From assembly GCA_963765145.1 (NCBI GenBank), contig CAVXVG010000032.1, positions 1 through 15,901 of the forward strand: 15,901 bases of DNA, written 5' to 3'. The translations under genes and the position numbers were made by a program. The stretch comes from Parachlamydiales bacterium (GTDB lineage: Bacteria; Chlamydiota; Chlamydiia; Chlamydiales; JAJFMK01). The stretch's first letter is position 1, and every line of letters begins with the position of its first letter. Shown in pieces: positions 9,435 to 15,901 of the stretch. The notes under the pieces were generated by a model. The model made no database searches. It was not told the origin of the DNA and saw only the letters and a program-made list of their open reading frames with translations.

Positions 9435-9603
9435 TTATCAACCTCTCGGCTTCAGCCACATGCCCATTTGCAGTTGCAGTCTGAGCCGCTTGCAACTGAG
9501 AAAGTGTGTTATCCCATTCTCTTTTTTTATCCGGTCCTTTTCCTTCTATTGAGAGCGGGGAAAAGGTGAAGAGAGCGATCAGAAAAAATGAGATAAAGTT
9601 CAC
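9286..9603 (-). CDS. N-terminal segment with putative Sec signal peptide
   Basis: GTG start at 9603 with an in-frame TAA two codons upstream. MNFISFFLIALFTFSPLSIEG|KGPDKK is a hydrophobic stretch followed by a charged mature region; no lipobox Cys and no positive n-region residue. Confidence 0.65.
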   Translation of the reverse strand: MNFISFFLIALFTFSPLSIEGKGPDKKREWDNTLSQLQAAQTATANGHVAEAERLINIAKTKSGLQSDRAFKRRGRSIAKSYCLPCNSFRKNQDCWKRSLPAVFS

Positions 9604-9919
9604 AGCTTAAGTCCAACAAACAACCAAAGCTGTGATCGTAACAGAGTCCGATATTTTTAGAGCTGAGTAGAAATATTATGTCTTTGCGGTGAGAAGATGA
9701 GACCAATCGTCCTGAAATCTTATCAAAACCGCAATTTTGCTCCTTTGCTGATCGATGGATAAATTTTTCACAACTCAAGGAACCATTTTGCAGAATGATT
9801 GACAAAGAAGAAGCGTGTCACCAAATAGGTGCCATCAAGATTGAAAAAATTGCGTCCTCATGATTTTAACATGTGTTGAGCAATAGCCATACTTGATGTG
9901 AGTCTATCCATTTGCTCTT

Positions 9920-9943
9920 CAGGATGGCTCGTGAGCCATCTTG
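9920..9943 (-). terminator. Stem-loop just after the stop codon of the 148-aa gene; possible terminator or RNA-stabilising hairpin
   Basis: Perfect arms GATGGCTC (9923-9930) and GAGCCATC (9933-9940), imperfectly extendable to 9920-9943. No U-tract follows. Confidence 0.4.
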
Positions 9944-9945
9944 CA

Positions 9946-10392
9946 TCATTTAACAAAAATTTCTCTGATTTGCACAATGGGTTCATGAGCCTCTTCTGAA
10001 CTGAGGTCTCCGGCTATAAATATTTTTGTAACGATCGTATCGATGTCAGGGGCCGTTTTTTTCATCATAACGATCGCCGCGTAAAGGGGATCTTCTTTAA
10101 AGGCGTTAAACATCTTCAATCCATAAGACTCTTTTAGAGAGTTAAGATCTAGGCTTGTATCTCCCTCTTTTTTTTCTAGGAGTTTCTTCCTTTCTCTCTC
10201 AAATTCATTCTTGATTTGAGACGCCGATTTGCTTTTTAAAAACAGAGCGATTGATCCACCCACCATGCGGTGATTAGTAATGATCTGATCTTGCACCTCT
10301 TTACTTTCATTTGAATACATTTTACGTAGAGATGCCTCCTCGTAATTGCTAAATCCTTCACCACTCATTTTCATGACTCGCTCTAAGGTCAT
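9946..10392 (-). CDS. Hypothetical 148-aa helical protein
   Basis: Intact ORF. AGGAGG lies just upstream of ATG 10392 (MTLERVMKMSGEG...), favouring this start over 10452. No family recognised. Confidence 0.75.
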   Translation of the reverse strand: MTLERVMKMSGEGFSNYEEASLRKMYSNESKEVQDQIITNHRMVGGSIALFLKSKSASQIKNEFERERKKLLEKKEGDTSLDLNSLKESYGLKMFNAFKEDPLYAAIVMMKKTAPDIDTIVTKIFIAGDLSSEEAHEPIVQIREIFVK

Positions 10393-10631
10393 ATATCCTC
10401 CTGGAAAAAGACTAGGTTTATAAGGGATCTCTCTTCGAGTCATCCATAACAAAGTAAATGTTTATTTTCATAGGCGCTCGTGGGATACAGGAGTATTAAC
10501 AGCACGTTGATGGACTTCCAGCAAATTGGTAATCAAAGGGTTATCAAGACACCTACATGCTTTATTCTTGTAAAGAATCTTCTTGAAAATCCCCCGTTAT
10601 TAATGTTAGGCATATAAAGAAAGGGTGGCTT

Positions 10632-11340
10632 ATGGGAGAAGATTTAACTTTTGAAGAGGACTTTGACCCTGCGTTATCGACTGCCGCAAATAGTGAAATA
10701 GCCAGAATCAAAAAGGACATTAAAACGCTTAAACAGGAGTTAAAATCCAAGTCCACTACCGTTCCTATAAGCAGATTAGAGGAGCTAAAAAAAGGGCTTG
10801 GGCAGCTTACAAAGTTAGGGGTGACTCCAAGCCAAATGGCAGATTTGGAGTCACTATTGCCCCAGCCAAGCGCATTTAGCCAAACCGAAGAGAAAGCTCC
10901 TGCTGCTATAGAAGAGTCTGCAAACTTGGGAGCAACTCAGCCAGACGTATCTAAGGAAGATATTGAAGAGCTTTATGTGCGTGCAAGCGCTCTATACAAC
11001 GGAGGGAAGTACAAAGAGGCTTTCTTTGCTTTTTCAAACCTTAATTCTTTTGCCCCCAATGATCCACGTTTTGTTATGGGATTAGGCGGATTGCCAGCTG
11101 GGAGAAAATCGATACAATGAAGCTGCTATTACTTTTGCATTTGCAAGTGCCATCGATATTAAAAATCCGATTCCAACCCTCTATTTGGCAGAATGTCAGT
11201 TGAAATTGGGTCAAATTGAGCTGGCCTTACAATCTTTAGAAGAAGTCATCCTACGCAGTTTAAATAAGCCCGAATATGCCGGATTAGGAGATAGGGCTAG
11301 ACTGACACTCCAAAAATTAAAAAACCACCCTAAGGGATAA
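10632..11340 (+). CDS. lcrH: SycD/LcrH-family (class II) T3SS translocator chaperone with ~105-aa N-terminal extension; one +1 frameshift at 11091-11092 (235 aa when repaired)
   Basis: DIEELYVRASALYNGGKYKEAFFAFSNLNSFAPNDPRFVMGLGG continues in the +1 frame as CQLGENRYNEAAITFAFASAIDIKNPIPTLYLAECQLKLGQIELALQSLEEVI...HPKG* (TAA 11338-11340). Removing one T restores the GLGxC-x6-Y-x2-A spacing of SycD TPR2. Confidence 0.88.
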
Positions 11341-11543
11341 AGAAAGTTCCTTAAAACTTTACGTCTTAATGAATTATTAAAAAACAGTTAAACAAACTTA
11401 ACAATAATGTTCTTTAATTGTATTGGAGAGAAGTAGGATGAGGGATGCTTATGAGCACTAATTCCAGTAATGAAGAGAGAAGAGAGGTTAACAGCCCCCC
11501 CTCAGCATTACAAATCCAAGCTAACCTTAATGTAGAAAAAGCA

Positions 11544-11552
11544 AGAATGACG
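11544..11552. repeat. 9-bp target-site duplication, left copy (AGAATGACG)
   Basis: An identical 9-mer lies at 13100-13108; both copies abut the TIRs. Confidence 0.95.
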
Positions 11553-13099
11553 CAGCCGCTCCCGCTGAGAATATCATCTTAAAATTTTAAGCGACAAAAG
11601 AGTGAGCCAAAAACTTGAGGGGTAGGCGGGCTGTCAATCGAACAATAATTTCAAAAATAAGTGTGAGGCGCAGGCTAAAAAATCAGGTTAAGGATACAGA
11701 TTCACTTGCTAGGATGTATTTAGAGGTCTTTCTTTACTAAGCATTGAGTAGAAATTTTCCCAGTCAATAAGCATCACGTAACGAAACAGCGTTTGCATTG
11801 TTATCCACAGCTCCCGATAGGTCCCTGCGAATTTTCTACACCGTTGGTATAATGAGCAGCAGACTTCCTGGACCTGATCAACCAGAAAGGCCAGCATCAT
11901 TAGGAGGCATAAGACGGTAGAAAGATATTTTTTCCCATGCCCATAGTTGTGTTCAAAGTTGTATCCCAAATTTTTTAGCGTGTTAAATGTTTCGTTTTCA
12001 ATTTTCCATCTTGCTCTCCCGCCCTTAGCGATTTTATGTACGTTTGTTGTTGATATTAAGATGTTTGTAACCCAAGAGAAGTTCAATTCCTTACCCTTAG
12101 GATCGGTCTGCCTATATTCGAGGATGTTGACCTTGACGTCTTGATTGGATTTATTCAGTGCTGCCCCATTAAGGAACCTAAATTGATGGTAATATCCATC
12201 GCTCGTTCTCATTTCATGGTAGAGAGTCTCTTTGCTTGTCTCTAGCTGCTCAAATAGGAACTGATGATCGCCGGGTTTTGCTCCTAGAATGTATTTTAGA
12301 CCAAATTCCTCGATCACTCTTATGTGGGGTGCTGTTGAACTTAGTCCATCTTCTACGAGAATGGCCTTCAGGTGAGGATGCTCTCTCCGGAAGTTTGCTA
12401 AAAAACGTTTACAGGCGTTCCTTTCACAGTCATTCTTCGAACTACCATCCTGATTTAGAATGACTTCTGGGCATAAGGGGATCACATTTTTCTTATCCGG
12501 ATGAACAATACAAGCGCCAAACATCTGGTGATAATAGGTTTTCGTTCCATTTTGGAGCTCTTTTACACAGCACTGCGGACAACACACGCTGCTAGACGAA
12601 AATTGTCCTGTCCCATCACCAGATATAAGGACATGTCCGTCCAAGTATTCAAATTCTTCAAGCCCTTTTCCTCTCTGAAAAGCAGCAAACACCTTTTTAA
12701 AAGCAGGTCGGATATCATTTGGATCGACGTGATCCAACCGCTCTCGTAGATAGGTATCGGAAGGAGGGTTTTTAACATGGTAGAGATCGTGAAGATTCTT
12801 GGCGACCACATCGTCTAAGCGTTTTTTATCGTAATTAAGCAGAGATGGGCACTTCAGGCTAAAAACGGCTAGACCTGACATGAGGTGATCTGTGATCGAT
12901 ATCGCCACATTTTTGGTAAATTCGCGAGGGTCAGGTACTTTTAGAAATTGTTGATGAATGATGGAGAGCAGGCCTGGTGCGCTTAGGTCTTTTCTGAAGG
13001 ATGACATGAGATTTTGTCTTTGAGTTGGGAAACACGTTCTCAAAGTTTACGAAATCAAAGTTTAATCTACACGGTAAAACCGCTCAGCGGGAACTGCTG
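11553..13099 (-). mobile_element. Complete 1547-bp insertion sequence, DDE type, probably ISNCY family (ISMae2-like group)
   Basis: TIRs CAGCCGCTCCCGCTGAG (11553-11569) and the reverse complement of 13083-13099, CAGCAGTTCCCGCTGAG (15/17 match); perfect 9-bp TSD; one intact transposase. Family assigned from memory of the N-terminal motif DHLMSGLAVFSLKCPSLL...PSDTYLRERLD, the CAG ends and the 9-bp TSD. Confidence 0.92.
11709..13007 (-). CDS. tnp: DDE transposase (432 aa from ATG 13007; 444 aa from TTG 13043)
   Basis: Catalytic-type motifs LISGDGTG, ILVEDGLS and GRARWKIENETFNTLK; CCPQC motif; uninterrupted frame between the TIRs. Confidence 0.93.
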   Translation of the reverse strand: MSSFRKDLSAPGLLSIIHQQFLKVPDPREFTKNVAISITDHLMSGLAVFSLKCPSLLNYDKKRLDDVVAKNLHDLYHVKNPPSDTYLRERLDHVDPNDIRPAFKKVFAAFQRGKGLEEFEYLDGHVLISGDGTGQFSSSSVCCPQCCVKELQNGTKTYYHQMFGACIVHPDKKNVIPLCPEVILNQDGSSKNDCERNACKRFLANFRREHPHLKAILVEDGLSSTAPHIRVIEEFGLKYILGAKPGDHQFLFEQLETSKETLYHEMRTSDGYYHQFRFLNGAALNKSNQDVKVNILEYRQTDPKGKELNFSWVTNILISTTNVHKIAKGGRARWKIENETFNTLKNLGYNFEHNYGHGKKYLSTVLCLLMMLAFLVDQVQEVCCSLYQRCRKFAGTYRELWITMQTLFRYVMLIDWENFYSMLSKERPLNTS

Positions 13100-13108
13100 A
13101 GAATGACG
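13100..13108. repeat. 9-bp target-site duplication, right copy (AGAATGACG)
   Basis: Identical to 11544-11552. Confidence 0.95.
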
Positions 13109-13439
13109 AGAGATCTGGACCGTTTAAGTGCTTACAACGACATTCTGATTGGGCTACAAGAACAAATCACAATAGATCAAATAGTAGGATTGGAAGCCCA
13201 GGTTGTTAGGAATAAGCAGTATGTTCAAGCTCTACACGACATTGGTGACCAAATCAATGCAATCACCAAATTGGGTCATCCTGCAGAACTAAACATCTTG
13301 AGAAAACAACTACTTAGAGTTGATAGCAGCTTGAAAGAGCTGTTTTTCAGAACCGATTCGATTTTATTATCCCTTATGGGTTCGTAATGAGTCTGGGTAA
13401 AATAAAGAGGTTTCTAATCTTTGGAATTTAGGGAAATGT

Positions 13440-14706
13440 ATGAGCGATCAAAGTGTAGGTAGTACTGGTAACACCGGCAATGTCGGAGGAACTTCAGGCG
13501 CTTCTAGCGGACCTCTCCCGAGTCTAGAGCAGATCCAAGTTAACATCGATGCTGCAAAAGCAAAGATGAAAAAAAGATTTAAACAACCTAAACACAAACA
13601 TATCCACAACGAAAGGTCTTCAGGGTCAAACAACCAGAAACATCCAGTATGCGGAGAATTTGAAAAACCTCAATAACCAGCTTAAAGATCTCATAGCTGG
13701 TGCTCCTACAGCTGAGACAAACAGCTTAGTAGCTCAAATAAACGATTTGAAAACCACACTTAACCAGCTCATGTATGGTACCGAAAGTGTCCTCTTTTCT
13801 GACCTCCAAGTTTTAGGGTTTTCGACCAGTACACCATCCAGCAAAGTTACATCTACAGGGCTACCTCCTATTCTGTCCGTCCCTCTTTCGAATGGAACTA
13901 CCCAGAAACTTTCAGCTCAAGGTGTAGCTGCCCTTAAGAACTCAGTTGCAGCTTGGCTCGGCCCAAACCTAATAACTGCAATTTTCAAAATAATGGAAGA
14001 GGTCGTTAAGCAAAAAATTCAAAACATTGATACCTATCGTCAATTTCAATGGAACTCCATCGCAGGCACAGAAGCAGCAGCCCTATCTGCAGCGCAATCT
14101 CAACTCTTAGAAGGGCAATTAGAGGCCGCAAGCCAAAGAGCCCAAGCAGCAGGCCAGCTAGCCGCAGGAATCATCGGAATGAGCCTTGGTTTTCTTTCCA
14201 TTGGATTCACCTTTGGTAAGGTGGGCTCAATAGAGAAGGAGTATGGTACAAAGCCGATTGGAGGAGAGGTAGATGACGTCGCAAATCCAGGCACAAAAAG
14301 GCCACTGCTAGGAAGGCAAGGTGAGATTGATTATGAATACAAAAAACCCGGCAGCACTATGACTGAAGCGCAGCATGCTGAAAGAAGCCAACAACTGACA
14401 ATGCAAAAACAGAATGCAATTCAAAACTCATTGCAATCTGACCCATGGTTAAGAATTTTTACTGTTGGAGAACAGACATTCGCACAAATAGCCCAAGGCA
14501 TGGGAACTATCATCGGCGCTGGCTATACATCAGAAGCTGCCTATGCTAAGGCAGTTGCCATGCTCTGGCAGCAGATGATTCAATGTGAACAGAACATCAC
14601 GCAAGACATGAGCCAAGCGATTCAGGGAGCTGTCCAAGATATCCAAGGTATACTGCAAGCTTTTGGAAGTATTTCTTCTTCTGTTACAAATCAAAGCGGT
14701 AGATAA
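13440..14706 (+). CDS. Putative T3SS minor hydrophobic translocator (SctB; CopD/YopD/IpaC-like), 421 aa after removing one A from the A7 run at 13569-13575
   Basis: Ser/Gly/Thr-rich N-terminus; PxLxxP class II chaperone-binding-type motif (PILSVP, 13867-13884); Ala/Gln helix leading into one hydrophobic segment (AAGQLAAGIIGMSLGFLSIGFTFG); C-terminal amphipathic/coiled region (MSQAIQGAVQDIQGILQAFGSIS); lies downstream of a SycD/LcrH chaperone. ORFs 13440..13676 and 13660..14706 join via ATG AAA AAA GAT TTA. Confidence 0.7.
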
Positions 14707-14829
14707 CAGGCAGATACAAAGCATTCTTTACTTTAAATTAATATTTGCTGCAAAAATCTATACTTTGGTAGAGTTATTTTTACTACTCATCTATTGAGGC
14801 TTTGATAAACTCTTTACAAAGGTGATCGA

Positions 14830-15602
14830 ATGGCTACATAGCAGTTTCTAGGCAACCCCTTCAGCCAACTACTGCTTACCAACTAGTCCCTATAACCAGC
14901 AAGCACAATTCGTTAAAACAAAGCGATATGATATTATGCTTGTTGATTCAATCAATGAAGCCCACATGCAGAAGCTTCGTGGACATTGATGATCAGAGAA
15001 GAACAATGGCTATTAAAATGAGACAGCTAAGGCAGATTAAGTAGGGTGCCAGCCTACAGAACCGAAGAAGAAGCACCTTTTCGATAAAGGCAGAAATGCT
15101 TTACCCAAACGACAAAGACTTAAAAGGTAATATGTCATGAGTAGCCTCTTCAAATACTACTCAGACTCTTAGGGCAGTAAAAGCGATAAGAGGACCAGAG
15201 TTATGTCACATAGGCGAAGGGATGACAATCCTACCCATTTCATGAAAATTGAAAATTCAGCTAAAGGACACATAGTCAATCAAACTATGAGTTATTCTGG
15301 TGAATTAAGAAAGATTACTGAAGAACAGTGGGCAAGAATTTGAGAGATAAAGCATCTTATGGAATTGGTCAGATCTATGGTGAAAGATATGCCATGGTAA
15401 AAAGAGCTGCAGATCAAGGTCTACTAGTTGGAGAGGAAGCTTTGTCTGCTGATTACCTACAAAAGGAGAAGGCAAACAACTGGGCATATTAAAGGTGCGG
15501 AAGAAGCTAGAGCTGGTTATGTTCGTGCTTTAGCAGCTACATCTTGCTTATCAACAAGCAAATGCTGCTTTTAGGGCACCACCACCACTTCTACGATTGT
15601 AG
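14830..15602 (+). pseudogene. Heavily frameshifted gene-like unit, tandem paralogue 1 (function unknown)
   Basis: AAGGTG RBS then ATG 14830. Protein-like blocks occur in alternating frames (QQAQFVKTKRYDIMLVDSINEAHMQKLRG; DDNPTHFMKIENSAKGHIVNQTMSYSGELRKITEEQWAR; LRDKASYGIGQIYGERYAMVKRAADQGLLVGEEALSADYLQK; HLAYQQANAAFRAPPPLLRL* ending at TAG 15600-15602). The start is homologous to the unit at 15728. Confidence 0.55.
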
Positions 15603-15727
15603 CCAACCCCTATTGGACTCCAAGTAACGATGCTACGTAACGATCCGTGCACATGGTGATTATTACTAAAATGATTTAGTGTGAGTGTGGTTTCAATAAA
15701 AAAGAAAACCTTAACCAAGGTAAAGCT

Positions 15728-15901
15728 ATGGCAGCAGTAGCAACTATCCCCACAACCTCTTAGCCAATAAATTCTTCCCAACTAGTATCCATAAACCAAG
15801 TAGTACCATTGATTCAAACCAAGCGGTTTGACCTTGTGATTATTGATTTAATCAACGAAGCCCACATGCCAAAGCTCCGTGGTAACTGATGATCTGAGAA
15901 G
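15728..15901 (+). pseudogene. Start of tandem paralogue 2, truncated by the window edge
   Basis: AAGGT RBS then ATG 15728: MAAVATIP..*PINSSQLVSINQVVPLIQTKRFDLVIIDLINEAHMPKLRGN**. DNA 15844-15901 closely matches 14944-15001, with several third-position differences. Confidence 0.55.

Larger units (their letters stand above)
1188..9603 (-). pseudogene. Reconstructed single giant gene (~2804 aa): signal peptide - helical region - transglutaminase-like - DUF6531 - RHS - nuclease, broken by three 1-nt frame slips (real or assembly error)
   Basis: Four same-strand frames overlap at 9434-9286, 8427-8337 and 6824-6739. Shifts of +1, -1 and +1 join them into continuous protein-like text. Each overlap contains an A-run on the coding strand (T4 9417-9420 or 9387-9390; T5 8404-8408; T4 6804-6807). 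Confidence 0.75.
11451..13387 (+). pseudogene. 126-aa helical protein gene split by the IS (11451..11552 + 13109..13387)
   Basis: GAGGGA RBS then ATG 11451. Removing the IS and one TSD copy joins MSTNSSNEERREVNSPPSALQIQANLNVEKARMT in frame to RDLDRLSAYNDILIGLQEQ...DSILLSLMGS*. Confidence 0.88.

Noticed and set aside
9527..9805. 92-aa ORF upstream of the toxin gene
   Set aside because: Overlaps the signal-peptide start in another frame, has no RBS or recognisable motif, and probably spans the promoter region.
9799..9827. TTGACA box and TGACA-N11-TGTCA palindrome
   Set aside because: No good -10 element at 16-18 nt, it faces no + strand gene, and 5-bp arms are expected by chance.
11947..12811. 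Small ORFs overlapping the transposase
   Set aside because: Antisense or alternate-frame shadows.
13025..13387. 120-aa ORF as an independent gene
   Set aside because: Its first 25 codons lie inside the IS end; it is the 3' half of the gene that starts at 11451.
13440..13676. 78-aa ORF as a separate small protein
   Set aside because: The +1 frame after the A7 run continues into 13660..14706, and homology to the small paralogue runs straight across the junction.
15305..15781. Minus-strand ORFs 15305..15487 and 15551..15781
   Set aside because: Antisense to the + strand paralogue units, which have RBS-ATG starts and mutual homology.
1..15901. CRISPR array, tRNA or rRNA genes
   Set aside because: No regularly spaced short repeats or RNA-gene signatures were seen; the repeats present are gene duplications, TIRs and the TSD.

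Overview
Accessory/virulence region, probably from an environmental Chlamydiae-type bacterium (inferred from the long-N-terminus SycD/LcrH chaperone and CopD-like translocator; not provable here). Left half (- strand): a polymorphic toxin locus. Four consecutive ORFs (9603->1188) join through three single-base frame slips into one ~2800-aa gene: signal peptide, helical region, degenerate transglutaminase-like domain, DUF6531, RHS/YD repeats, RHS core, Gly-rich hydrophobic linker and an HH-motif nuclease tip. It is followed by an immunity gene and a start-less, near-identical copy of the core end (orphan cassette) running off the window. Right half (+ strand): a type III secretion translocator-type cluster of a class II chaperone (one frameshift), a 126-aa gene split by a 1547-bp IS (17-bp TIRs, 9-bp TSD) and an SctB/CopD-like translocator (one frameshift). 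After repairing these lesions, the small gene is a stand-alone paralogue of the translocator's N-terminal domain, and a weaker copy seems to sit on the chaperone N-terminus. The last 1.1 kb holds two tandem paralogous gene-like units full of indels. The lesions look like indels and become denser rightwards, so assembly error is a serious alternative to real decay.
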